Assembly: GCF_018977255.1 (NCBI RefSeq)
Contig: NW_024704743.1
Coordinates: 98,954,001-99,018,000 of the forward strand
Direction: 5' to 3'
Origin: Callorhinchus milii
Taxonomy: Eukaryota
Length of the DNA: 64,000 nucleotides
Positions 38,336-51,204 of this stretch are shown piece by piece. Position 1 is the first letter of the stretch, and every line of letters begins with the position of its first letter. A model generated the notes under the pieces. It saw only the letters and a list, made by a program, of their open reading frames with translations, was not told where the DNA came from and ran no database searches. The position numbers and the translations under genes were made by a program.

Positions 38336-38728
38336 CCAGAGCCATCTGCATGTTTAGTGTTCACATTCTGACTGTAACATGCTGAAGACATGTTCCTCAA
38401 ATGGGATTAAACCAGGTAGGAATTCTGTGTCACTGTCACAGGAAACGCTGTTACTCCACATGTTGTGGGTTAACTAAGGCATTAAAAGCTGTGTCAGGAA
38501 ACGAGACGTACTGACCGTGAAGAGAATTAAATGCAGTAAGTTGTGTATTTTTATTTGTTTTCATTGGTCATGCCTTTTTGGCACAATTTGAAGTAACTGT
38601 TCTGCTAATTCAGCCCACCTGGAGCCTGTGGGTCTGGATATGTTTTGGGTATGAGTTGAGAGAGCCAACAATTAGATACACTTGTCTACTTTTTGCTAAC
38701 CAGAAATGTTTTGTGTTGTTTTCAGACA

Positions 38729-38885
38729 ATGGGAAATTCGTACGCTGGGCAACTTAAATCAGCCCGTTTTGAAGAGGCTCTTCACAATAGAATAGAAGCA
38801 TCTCTTCGCTCCAACAGTGTTTCTCCTCGACCAATCTTCTCTCAGTTGTATCTGGAGTCAGACAACCCATCTCTCTCCCCTGAAG
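38729..38885 (+). CDS. GREB1L: GREB1L coding exon 1 (157 nt; exon begins 38726)
   Basis: Acceptor ttttcag|[58 protein letters not shown]; donor GAAG|gtcaat, phase 1. Confidence 0.96.
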
Positions 38886-40439
38886 GTCAATATAAGTTTT
38901 AAGCTGTATTGACAATTATTTAAGAAATGAAATAGATCTTTCTGTGTGGGTGTGTATGGTCTGTATTGTTTGTAGTGTGTGTGTTTGAGGCGGAGAATCA
39001 GAAATGGTAAGACCCGAGCTGAAATAATAGTTCATTTTATCTTCAATTCTGTAGCTCTCGAACTTTTTGGAAGATAGCACATGCTTTTCTCCACATTGAC
39101 GAGTTGTTTGCTTTCAAGGCCTATCTGGGAAGGGAGGGAGGGTAGGTGGGGTGTCTTTGTAGCTGAGTTGGTTCCAAGGCAATGTGCTTGGTAACAGAAG
39201 GTTGGAATCATGCCAGTGCTCTGTGGCGATCCCAGTAATCTGGTTCTGGTTCCTGAGCCAGGCAAGTCTGCAGTACTCAAGGGCATTGGTAATGATAGTG
39301 CTCTCAATGGCAAGTTATGTGATTTTTAGCTGGTTAAACTCCCAACAGTACCCCAACACACACTCTGAGGTCCCCAAGCCTTGTCTCTTGCTAACATGTG
39401 CCTAATACTCCTTGAAATTAGCTAAGCAAGGAGAGAGTCCAGGGAAAGAAACTACATTCCATTCCAGGCACAGGAAAATTTCCATGTTTAAGTGACTTAC
39501 AAATGTGGAACTCTCAGTCTAGTTTGGATACTCTTAAGCATGGTGATGGGCTTCCATATCTGTCAGACACCCGACTGACCCCTCCCCAACAAAATCGCTT
39601 TTTCCTTGTTTCTTATTGGTACTTATAATGTGATTCCTGTTTTAAATGAGCTAAGTATTATTGATCAAAGTATTTGTAGGTTGACTACTTATCAAGTAAT
39701 CATGTAGGCATCAAGTGATCCCCATTGAAAACTTTGTGCCTGAATGCACCAAGAACTGGAATGTGAAGTATATTATCCACTTCGATCCCAGAAAATAAAG
39801 ACAGTATTGCATCTGACATTAGTGTAACTGTGGCCTGTTTTCTGTGTCTGAATCTATGTGAACAGCCTAGCTCTGTGGAAGAGTGAACAACTGTGACTTA
39901 ATGTATTGACTTAATGTATCCCGTGATATAAGGCTTTGTTTGAATTTCTTCTTTGTTTTAAAATCTTGGCTGGATCCGTAATTAGATTGAAGTAAGAGGT
40001 AGCTGTACTCATCTTAGTAAATATTCAAACCAACATATATTATACTTGTTTGTAAAAATCTGCCTATCCTTACTGCACTGGTAGAGTAGAAGATTTCAAG
40101 TGGCTACTGTAACACATGTAAATATTTTGAAGTGCTATAGATATGCAGTAAATGCATCTATTCCATGCTCAGGCCTACAACCACTGACTGACTTGCCAGT
40201 AAAGTTAAGAGGCCCTTCTAAACTGTGTTAACACGTGGTGCAAATACATTGACTGAAACATAAAGTGAATCTTATTACTTTAGCCATTCACTTAAATTGC
40301 ATTACTGTTTCATGAACTTAATTTTGATGAAATTGAATGATGGCCAGTTTGGGATGTGTACTCTTTTGTGTCTCCTCTGAGAGCACAGATACCCATGTCT
40401 GAGAGCATTGTGTTGATGTACATGCTGGCTTTCGTCTTC

Positions 40440-40745
40440 GTGAGTACCTCACCCCTGCAGCTGTTATTGGTTGTTGAGTCTAGATTGTGAATATTGATAT
40501 GCTATTCAACCAGGGGAGGAGGATTACGGCTGAGTCTTCCCCAATGTTCACACAGATATCACTGTGTTGTTAGGAAGAGCAGAATTTTGGCTGACTGTTT
40601 TCGTTCTCCAGTCCAAGGTCTCTGAGGGCACTCAGTTGAACTAAGTTAACAGCACACACCAGAAAGTGGAACATATGAGCTTTCTCGTCTGTATGGCTCA
40701 GTTGCACATTGGCTAGTGTCTTTACCAGTTGAGTCATTGGAGAAA
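40440..40745 (-). mobile_element. Ancient SINE relic (AmnSINE2-like)
   Basis: Minus strand: actgagccatacagac...ctggtgtgtgctg...tcagccaaaattc...ggttgaatagc...tctagactca...ggtgaggtac. Confidence 0.5.
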
Positions 40746-42759
40746 GCATTGAGAATTAATACTCATGCCCTGGAGCTGTTTTATTTTAGAAGAGAAATTA
40801 TAGATGTTTTAATCCCAACATCTTTAGCTCTATAACCTGTGACTTATTTCATTGAGAGGGGGCAATATGCTCCTCCCAGGCTTCTGACCATACATTTGGA
40901 ATGAATGTATGGTGGGAGGTGTAGACAACCTTTAGTTACCTTTCCTTAGTGCCTCATACTGACAGATTGTTTAACATCAGGAAATGGCTATGTAAGGATT
41001 GCATTTAAGATCCGCACTCCTTCGAAGGTTGGTGCAGTGTGTCACATGCTTTGAAGTCCATTAACACAAAACATAAAGCATTAAACCACCAGCTGCAGTG
41101 TAAGATCAAACTGGCAGAGTTCATAATTTGTTTCTTTCAAGAAGTCCTTTCCAGATAGGGCTGCATATACTAGGTCAAGGCAAGCATCGTATTTTTTATC
41201 TAGAGCCTTCTTAAGTGGAAAATGTGAGACATTGTTCTCATCACCTGCGTATAACTTGCAATTTCAACCGAATTGAGCATGTGTGACTAATTCTGATCAA
41301 ATGTAGCATTTCCTGGCAATGAAGACATTTTGATTTGGTAACTAGGTCTGACACATGCAGAAACCCATCACCTTGCTTTAGACTATTCAAACACACCTTG
41401 CTTACAATTATTCCAGAATATAATGTACAGGTTGGCAAGAGCCACAATTTGGGTTGGGGTACTGCTGGAGTTTAACCAGCTGAAACCACATAACTTGCCA
41501 TTGAGAGCACTGACTGGCAATCCTCCTGCTGCTTGTCCAGTTCGGACCACCGCACTGTTAGGGCTCTGGTTTACAGGGTTAACAGGAACCAAGTGTAATA
41601 AATCCCTGTTCCCAGTGACCAGTCTGCCCCTCCAAGTCCCGCTGATGATCCAGGCTGGGTGGTTTGTCGTCAGCAGTGCCCTGGAGTACTGCAGACCCAC
41701 CTGGGCCTCAGGAACCGGATTAGTTAATTCTGACATTCCATTGTCCAGCATGTCACCTTGGAGGCCATCTCAGCTCCAAGGAGCTTACTTTCTAATTATC
41801 ACTAATTGTTCATTGAGGAATATAGAGATCCTTGACTGGCTCCTTTTCGCCTCCTCTAACAAATAGCTTTGATGTACAAGCCCTTCTATCAGACTAATAC
41901 TATCATTTGCTTCCTGAACTTTTAAGCATAATGGGAACTTATTCATTTGACAACAACAACAAACAAAAATACATTTGTATAGCGCATTTCACGTTGGGAG
42001 GACGAGGTGCTAGAGTGACAAGACAAAGAGGTGGGTGATTTTACAATGGCTCTTGATTTGGAAGTTGGTCTGCCACAGTTCTTTTTAAGAAACTTGACTT
42101 CCAAATGAAAACTGGATTGGATGTAAAGTAAGAATGTTATAAAATTCTACACATTATCTTAAAGCCACGACAATGAGAAGTTTCAGGCCTCAGTTGGCAT
42201 AAACGGCACCCTATCCTTTCCGATCATGTGGTGGTAGGTGTGGTTTATTTTATGTAGTGATTTATTTATTGGGCTAACTTCTAATAAATGTATATCAAGA
42301 CATCTCTCACAGTTTAGTGAGTCTGCTGAAGTGGTGTATGTTTGTGTTGTATCGACCCTTTGGTCTACATCTCATTGGAGACATGGATAAAGTTCTCCTC
42401 ATTATTAGATGGTATAGGATTTGTTAAACATTAGAATAATCCTAAATATTTGGGATTGTTAACATCCCTCTTACAGAGGAAGGTTGTTTTTCTCAATCTT
42501 TGCTGCTGGCACATGTCATACTCTGATATGGGTAGTATGCATGAAATTGTATGTGGACAAACGGATATTAACAAGGCTTTAATTCATGTCCTTTACTAGG
42601 ATTAAGAATTTTTGGTTTATGTTATACGTTCCTGAGATTCATATATTAGAAATTACAAGTATTTTATATGATTAGATATGTTCTTAGATTTCTGGGATGT
42701 TAATATCTTAATAAGTGAAGTTGATTTGAAATAATGACTGAAATTTGGTCTTGAAACAG

Positions 42760-42966
42760 ATGTCAAACCAAAGGTAGAGGAACTTGATAAAGAAATCGAG
42801 GTCCATCGATATACACAGAGCAGCTCCTCAGGATTTCCTGCTGTACAGGTTGGCAATGGTTTGGATAATGAAGATGAGGAGGAGGAAGAGGACATGTCTG
42901 ATTCAAACAGTCCACCTATTGCATACATGCAGAAGCAAGCTCCAGAGGGGTCCTGCACAACAGATG
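42760..42966 (+). CDS. GREB1L: GREB1L coding exon 2 (207 nt)
   Basis: aaacag|[22 protein letters not shown]...[36 protein letters not shown]|gtgagt. Confidence 0.95.
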
Positions 42967-43114
42967 GTGAGTGTCATTTTGTCAACTACAAAGCAAAACC
43001 ACAAGCCACATAGAAGGTAAGGCACCATATCAAATGCAAGGAATATTATTATTTATAACATATGAAGCCTTCTTCAGAAAGCCTTATAATGAACATTCTC
43101 TGCCTCTGACCATA

Positions 43115-43632
43115 CCTCACACCCAACGAAGCCGAATCCCTTATCCACTCATTTGTCAACTCCGACCTTGATTATTCCAATGCCCTCTTTGCTGGTGTCC
43201 CCAACTCCACCATTCATAAAATCCAATTAATTCAAACGCCACGATCCTTATCTTCACCTGCACCAAACTCTGTACCCCCACCATCCCAGTCCTTCCCAGG
43301 TTCCACTGGCTCCCTATTGCAGAATGGATCGATTTCAAGATCCTCACACTCATACAAATAATTTCATGCCCTAGCACCTCCCTATCTCTCTGACCTGCTT
43401 ACATCCCACTACTCTTTCCACTGTCTTTACTCAACAGGCTCTGGCCTCCTCCGCTCTATCATCGGCGGCCATGCTTTCCACTATGCACAAAAACTATGGC
43501 TGCCTCAATCCCTCCACCTAGCTTTCACTTCCCCTTCTTCGAAACACATCCGAAGACCTTCCTCTTCAACTATGGACATCTCCCCGCTCCCCAAGCATTA
43601 AGCTACCATATAAATGCAAGTCGTTGTTTGTT
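43115..43632 (+). mobile_element. Old L2 3' fragment
   Basis: tccgaccttgattattccaatgccctc, tccactggctccct, gatttcaagatcctc, gaagaccttcctcttc, tail ataaatgcaagtcgttg. Confidence 0.8.
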
Positions 43633-45149
43633 GTTGAAATTTCTAAGCATCTGGAATGGAATGTACACTGTCTCCCTAGAGGAACGCTCCCTGCTTACCT
43701 GTTTCTGGAGAGTATTAGGCACAGTTTGGCAAGAGCCAAGGTTTTGGGACCCCAGAATGTGTGTTGGGGTTCTCTGGAGTTTAACCAACTAAAATCATAG
43801 AGCTTGCTATTTAAATCACTGAGCAAACTTCCCACTGCATGTTTAGCTGGGACCACCCTACCTGTTAGGGATTTAGCTTACAAGGTTAACAGGAGCCAAG
43901 TGGGAAGAATCCCTGCCTCCAAATCCTGCCAATACACCAGGCTATCTGGTCTGTCATCAGCATTGACAACTTGCTATTGGTGGTCAAATTGCCGTTGGCG
44001 ACAATGTGCAGTTAGAATGGAGAAATCCTGTTAGCCGGCATAGTCAATACCTGTACTCTTAATACCAATGTAGGAGCCATAATATCACATTTCTGATTCT
44101 GGTTTACATGATTTAGTCTATCTGCCTCAGAACAAGAGGGATTGTCCTCTTAACTGCTCTACAGCTCGAACTACTGGCAGTATAAGCCTAATACGGTTTT
44201 ACTTTGGGCACCAAGGGTGTAAAACATTTTAAGAATTTGTAATTGCTATGTCATGTCTGAAATTCAATTATCTTATTGAAAACCCATGTGAATACATCTG
44301 TCATTTGTGCTAAAATGCAAAGTACACACAAGCCACTGTATGCACTGACCACTTTAACGGTTACTCAGTCAGTCTTTGAGAACTGTAGGATTTCTTTAGA
44401 GATCTTCAGAATGTCTTATGATGAAGATGCAGTTTTATGGTGTTAAATAAGCGTCCGTCTTATGCTTTGTCATTAGGTGAAATCAGAGGAATAGACGGAA
44501 AAAAAGGTATTTTAAGGTATTTTTTTTTAGATAGTAAAACTCTTTTTAGTCCCCAAAGGGAAGTGTTATTTTTTTTTCTCATTGTTATTGTTGTGCCATT
44601 CATTACCTTGGACACATAACAGCTAGGTAACCAGAAAATACTGTTTACTTTAAACCAACACAGTTATACTGGTAAATCAAGGCTGTCTTGTGCCCAGATT
44701 GAAATTCAAGGAAGAGGTCTGCAAAGAAAAGTAAGATGGATCTGACATTTTGCTGAAATAATAACTTGGTTTCATAGTTTTAAATTAACCTCTAAGTGGA
44801 TAATTGAGGATTCTGCATCAAGCTGCAGTGTATTTCATGAGGGAAGAAATATTTGCACCAACCAAAAGATAGTTGCCAATGTGAGGCTTTCAGAAGATTT
44901 CCTTTTGTCTGGAGCCTTTATTTCAGTTCAGTCCTGTTCAGTTTTTCTTTTAAAAGACTTTATGTGAGTGGGAGGTGAGGAGGAAAGAAGGACCTGGGAT
45001 TGAATTTATGGAGACTGATAGGTAGAATGTCTCCTCAAGTTTGTTCGCTATGATAGCAAGATTAGTTTGAACAGTGCTGAGAGAGAATGGGGTTCATAGC
45101 ACAAAGCTGACATTAAATTTCACAGATCCCAATCTCACACAGAGGGGCT

Positions 45150-45390
45150 GTAGTATAATGTGAGAAATGGGAAATAACTTGTTGCAGTAGTGAGTCCTCC
45201 TTTAAGGTTGGGGCTGAGGCACATTGCGAGGGCAAAGTAGATGGGGAGCTTTATTCTTTATTTATTCTAATCTGTGATATACATGACGTGGCAGTGTTTG
45301 ACGCTGACACCGGGTACCTGAAGTCAAATTTTTTTCCATTTTTGAGCACTTCATATTTCTCCCCTTTATGAGCACAATATTGAAAATAAA
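45150..45390 (+). mobile_element. LF-SINE-like relic (3' part)
   Basis: ggttggggctgaggcacattgcgagggc...tggggagctt...cctttatgagcacaatatt resembles the recalled LF-SINE 3' half. Confidence 0.4.
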
Positions 45391-46502
45391 CAAATGTGCT
45401 AAGGTGTAAAAGTGGTGAAGAATCTTATTGCAGTAGTTGTGACTGGCACAAATGTAACTTGTCTTCCTGCAACTTTAACATGACTCCAATGACCCTATCT
45501 GTAACTGGGCAACAAAGACCTACAGCTCTACTTAACCTGAGCCTATAAAATCACTTTGCCTTACAATGGAAGATTGCACAAAATTGTGGAAAATTCTTAA
45601 ATTCAGTCTTAATTGGAATCCTGCTTTCCAAAGCTGAATGAAGGAACATCCCTTAATCCCGTATAAGATAATATGGTCTGAGACGAGGTGGGATTTTAGG
45701 TTTCAAAAGACTTCAACATTAGCTTGAATGGTGACTCTCCAGTCCTTGGTATTTTCTCATGGCAATTGTTATCATCATCTCACAAGGTGATTTAGAACAG
45801 GAACATCTCAGAATGTTATCTTGCTAACACTCAGAGCCATGTGTTCAAAGAACTCTGCCACTACAGTCAAATCGAGCACTGGAGTGGATCGTATGGGAAT
45901 GTTCTCACTGTTGGAAACGTATACAACTTAATGCTTATTAACATTTTTGTCAAATGTGTCAGGTCCTTTGAATTCAGTGAATGCAGGTGGTATGGTCAGG
46001 CGCACACAGCCTGTCTGAAATCACAAAGAAATGGGGGCTTGTTACAAGTTTCAAACAAATTTCAGGATATCTGAAAGAGGAGTGAGGGCTGCTGTTGGTG
46101 ACAATGCTGTGGCAGTTCTGTAAAATACTGGCGCATTACAGTTGTACTATGGCAGTGAGAATGCTGTCCTGTAGCAGTTCTGTGCACAATGTGACAGTAA
46201 GGATTGTACTGTGGAAATGCCAAGATGTAGCAGTGCTGTACTGTTATGTATTGTAAATAAAATTTTGGTTGAGTTCAAAAAGCAATTTGTTTGCATGCAT
46301 CTCAGAATGTTTTTCTAAGTTGAAAAATAATGTTTTAATGAGACTTTGCGCATATTATGAACCTAGTCTGTATAGCTGTATTTTTGTTCTGTGCAGTTAG
46401 ATACATTGTTTCTATTACTTGCTATTTTGCTGTATTTTGAAAGGCAGTCCAGCCATTCCACCATTTATTTTGTGAAAAAATAATCTTCTTGCTTTTGTTT
46501 AG

Positions 46503-46679
46503 GCTTTTGCCAGGCTGGCAAAGACTTGCGTCTGGTAGCTCTCTCCATGGAACAAATCGAGATTCCATCAGGCTTCGTGTTGGTCGGAGCCAAGTCCCCA
46601 AATCTCCACGAGCACATTCTGATCTGCGCAGTAGACAAAAGATTCCTGCCAGACGATAATGGGAAGAATGCACTTTTAG
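46503..46679 (+). CDS. GREB1L: GREB1L coding exon 3 (177 nt)
   Basis: ttttgtttag|[65 protein letters not shown]|gtgaag. Confidence 0.96.
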
Positions 46680-48842
46680 GTGAAGAATCTTATTCCTTGA
46701 CACTTGAGTTGTAGTTGCATGAATCAGTAAAACCTAAGTGATATGTTCTATTTCTCTTGATATTCTTTTTTACTGCAATCCGTCATAAAGAAGTGAAGCT
46801 ATAGTGAATTATAGTGAATGCTCCATTAAAGTACTTGAAGCTTGCTCTGTTAATAATAATACATTACTATTTATATTAAAGCTTGCTCCATTGGAAGACT
46901 TGCATATTATTTATGTTTTCTTGTGTTCTTTCATTTCCCAAATGCAGAAAGTGGAGAACCCTTGAGCTTTTATATCTTCCCATTTTTTTTCTTTTTCTCC
47001 AGACTTTTCCCTCCCCATAGTATTAACTCTGTTTTACAATGTAACCTACTTTGATACACATCATTATTTAAAAAGTTCCACGATCAGTACCTTCACATTG
47101 CACCTTACATCCCGCACTTACTAGTGGTAATAAACATGATTGTTTTCCTGATGGTAACAGCTCAGGTGGTGGCTAGCACTCTGTCTCGGTGGGGGGGGTG
47201 CGGGAGGTGGAATAGTAAGATGGGTCTTTTTGTGGCTGAGTTGGCTTCAAGATAACATGCCTGATAATGGAATATCGAAATTGAGTTGATACTCTGCGGA
47301 GCACTCGGTTGTCCAGTTCCTGGGCCAGTCAGGTCCACAGTACTGCAGGAACTTTTGATGACAGAGCATGACTGCTCTACAGCAGGACGAGGGGTTGGGA
47401 TTGCTCCTGCTCGGCTCTTGTTAACCCTGCAAGCCAATGTCCTGGCAAATAGGTTGGTAAGCTTTGCATTGTTTATCCAGCTAGGACCAGTTTGCCAATG
47501 GAGGCAAAATTATTCAATGTGGTGGTGATCACATGCTGATTGGTATCTTTTTGTTGGCAGGCAGTCATAACATCGGCTTTGATCATCTTATTAGGCAGTT
47601 TTGTGGGGAATGTCTGTCCTCCACAATTTGCATCAGTCCTTGTCTGAACCCTTCCTGGGAGGCAGCTTGCTCCCTCATTGTGTTAGAATTTATTTAAATT
47701 GAAAAGGCTTATTAAAGCCCCGAGGCCCTAGATTCAGTCCTCATTTTGAAGGTGGTTTAACAGCAGAAAAACTGACTTCTAAATTAAGACTGATTTTAAC
47801 ATTTTTCATCAATTCTGCATGAACTACAACTTTAAGATTATTTTTAACAACTAAGAATACGAAGAATTTCAGGCCACAGGTATTAAAACTCAGTTCAAAG
47901 CGAGTGCTCTTGTGTTACTCATAACAATTTGAATATCATGATTTTTTCCCGAGCATATCTATTTATCCTGCTTTGGAGCAAATGTTGCAAATAAAGGATT
48001 TTAAATTTAAAAGCTGTGTGGCATCTGTGAATGTTTTATTTGAACCAGATGCGATTCACTTCTAGCTAACTTTGAAAGTTCTTGAATGGTTCTGTTTTCT
48101 GAACTTGACCAAAATGCAGTGGGGATAGTTATAGAAGCTCAATGCCCATCGAGCCTTTTTTAAAAAAAACAAATACATATTATGTAGCTTCATTGTAATG
48201 TCACATTGCATTCATGAGTTAAGTCAATAAAGAATGCTTTTTAGAGTTATTCAAAGTTATTAGAGTTATAACAATAAAATAATTCTTAATTTGATACAGC
48301 GTCTTTCATGTCAGGAGGGCATCTCATTATTTCATAGGATTTGCTGTTAAATGTACTGTATTTTGCAGACGTGTTAAAATGTTTGGAGAAAACTACGTTC
48401 AGTAGAACCCTATTCTAATGTGCTTTGTTGTACCAGGGTTCATGTTTCGGATGTGGACTCTGACACTGATTTTCAAAAAAAAAACAGAATGTGCACAGAA
48501 TTTCAAGAGATAAGTTTTAAAGCACAATTCGCACCTATGGAGACGGTTAGCTTTCGTACGATCAAGCTCCCCGGGACGCTACCTGTGTGAAGGGCGCTAT
48601 ATAAATGCAAGTTGTTGTTATCAGGATCATATGATCAGAGATGACACCAGTCATATGATTGATGACATAATGATGTGGGAGCTCTGATCTACAGCATCTT
48701 TTCATTGTGCTCTGTTATAAGACGGATCACAGCGAATCTTATGGATCCCAACTATGGACCCCATCCATAAGAATCTTATCAACCCCAACTACCACCTTAT
48801 AATGCTCTCCAATCAATGTATTTGTTTAGACTGTTTAAATGA

Positions 48843-49088
<246 letters not shown>

Positions 49089-49383
49089 TAAAACCCTATA
49101 AAAAGCCTTTTAGTTCAGTGGTTTACTTCTGATGATTGATTGAAAGTTGTCAGATGTTAAGTGACTTTTTATACATTAATTTTTTCTACAATTCTGTTTC
49201 TCTTCACTGAGGGTGTTGACTCTTACTGGTACGATACCTGCTAAATTGGCCATTGTTTATGTGTGAATCTACTGCTGCCATATTTAAGATGGACTACCGT
49301 GTTTGCTTGCTTGATTTGTTTGTTTTTGTAAAAAAACAATCATCATTAAATATTGATGGCATTTTTGTTTCCTTTGCAATCAG

Positions 49384-49536
49384 AGTGCAGAACCCGCCAG
49401 TCACCCAGCAGTTACTCCTCTGCTGTGACCCCTGTCAAACCAGTGACCACAGTCTTTGGTTCTACGTCGCCATGTCCAAACTCGGAGATCATCTCGTCCA
49501 GTGGATCAAGCACTGCAGTCGCCAGCTCTCAGACAG
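49384..49536 (+). CDS. GREB1L: GREB1L coding exon 5 (153 nt)
   Basis: cctttgcaatcag|AG; ECRTRQSPSSYSSAVTPVKPV...SSTAVASSQT; ACAG|gtcaga; the start matches recalled ECRSRQS. Confidence 0.88.
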
Positions 49537-49550
49537 GTCAGATCTCAAGA

Positions 49551-49760
49551 TAACAATCATAATAATAATAATCTTTGTATTGAATAAAGAGCCTTTCACT
49601 TCAGGAAGATGTCTTGCCCACAAAAATACCTAGTCAATTCACTTTACAATATATTCTGTGAAACGCTTTGAGATGTCCCAACGACGGGATAACAAATGTA
49701 AGGATTATTATTATTATAAATTGCTTCACAGGATTTACAGTAGAGTGCAGCGATTTTGTT
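49551..49760. mobile_element. SINE tail (+, about 49616-49717) nested in an older SINE tail (-)
   Basis: Minus-strand tail breaks at gatgtctt and resumes at gcttcacagg; lies about 15 nt after the exon 5 donor. Confidence 0.7.
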
Positions 49761-50128
49761 GGCAATTTTTTTTTGTCAGACAGGCAAGTTCTCAAGACTC
49801 TGCACTTGAATGTGAAAATAAAACCATCTGTTCTACACTGTGAGCCCAAAGAATCCAGGGCCACCTCAACTTGCTAACATATCCCCACTACTATCAAGTT
49901 CTTCTTTCCTTGATAACGTGGACACCCGGAACGGTTAGGATGATTAACACTAGCCTAGAAACACAAGGGGGCTGTATCCTGTTTCAAAGTCCATGGTCTG
50001 GAACATTTAAGTGTTGTGGGAGACAATTGTTTTCAGATTCAATTCTTTTTAATTACAAAGAACTAAAGAGGGAGGATCCCTCATTTTTTCTTCTCCTCGT
50101 TTCTTGGTTACTCCTGTAGCTCAGTGGT

Positions 50129-50450
50129 GGAGTCCTGTAGCTCAGTGGTTAGAGCACTCGCTTTGCAAGCGAGAGACCTGAGTTCAATTCCAGACAGGGC
50201 AAAACCTTGGGCAAGTTTCCTTACTCCACACGCCTAATAATAATCCCTCCAAAACAAAAAACAATAATAAATTGGTCATTTTCAATCTACGACTGTTTGT
50301 GGGACATTGCTGTGCGCAATTGGCTGCCGCGTTCGCCCACAAATATACAGTCAATTCACTTTACAGTGTGTTCTGTGAAGCGCTTTGGGACGACCTCCCG
50401 ACGTGAAAAGCGCTATATCAAATGCAAGGATTATTATTATTATTATTATT
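50129..50450 (+). mobile_element. Full-length young SINE: tRNA(Ala-TGC-like) head, Deu core, L2-type tail
   Basis: A box tagctcagtgg, anticodon arm CTCGC-tt-TGC-aa-GCGAG, B box gttcaattcc, tgtttgtgggacattgctgtgcgcaattggctgccgcgtt, (TTA)n; TSD TTACTC at 50108-50113 and 50449-50454. Confidence 0.94.
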
Positions 50451-51204
50451 ACTCACTGACAGTGACCTCCCAGAATACCAGGAGTCCCCATTTGAACCCA
50501 CACAAAAACAGAGCCCGTCACCCTATTATGAGGCAGTGAAATATTGAATGCTTTGCTAGCTAGGGGACTGGGATCTAAAAGGGTTGCCTCAGAAGGGTTG
50601 GGAATAAGCAAGACAATCCCTCTTCCAGGAATGGATCATTGAGAAATTCCTTTCAAAGTTTTCACTCACTTTCTGAAAGATGCTCATGGAGATTTGTTTC
50701 ATGGTCATGCTTGACTTCAATTAACTGACATAGTTGTGGTAGATTATTGCTATGGAGGAGGTAGGGGAGATATTGAAATAGTATGCTTTCAGAGTGAGAG
50801 AGATAGAAGTGAATTGACTGTATATTTTGCGGATGAAAGGATGGCGTAAAGCATAGATATGACAGAGACAAAATTGATGCCTTTGCCTGTGTGTTAACAT
50901 TACTGCTGCTAACACTCAGTTGTCTGAAATTCTGATTTGGCGTGCTGAAATTTTTATGACCCCTCGAGCCTCTGCCACTGCTACTGTATCACAAAATTTA
51001 TTAATTCCATTTTCCAACTCTTTCTCCATAACCCCTAAATAGTTTTACCATTCAGTTTAATTGAATTTTAAGTGTTTTCACAGTCTGTGTTGTATTGATG
51101 GAATTTGATCTGTACGAGGAGGAGGTGATTGACTCAGGAGGCAACGGAAGGTGAAAGGGGATCGTTATCTCCCCACTTTTGGAGTGGACAGAGCTGCACT
51201 TCTC

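Noticed and set aside
50129..50200. tRNA-Ala(TGC) gene
   Set aside because: The acceptor stem does not close, there is no poly-T terminator, and the sequence runs straight into a SINE body repeated several times in the window.
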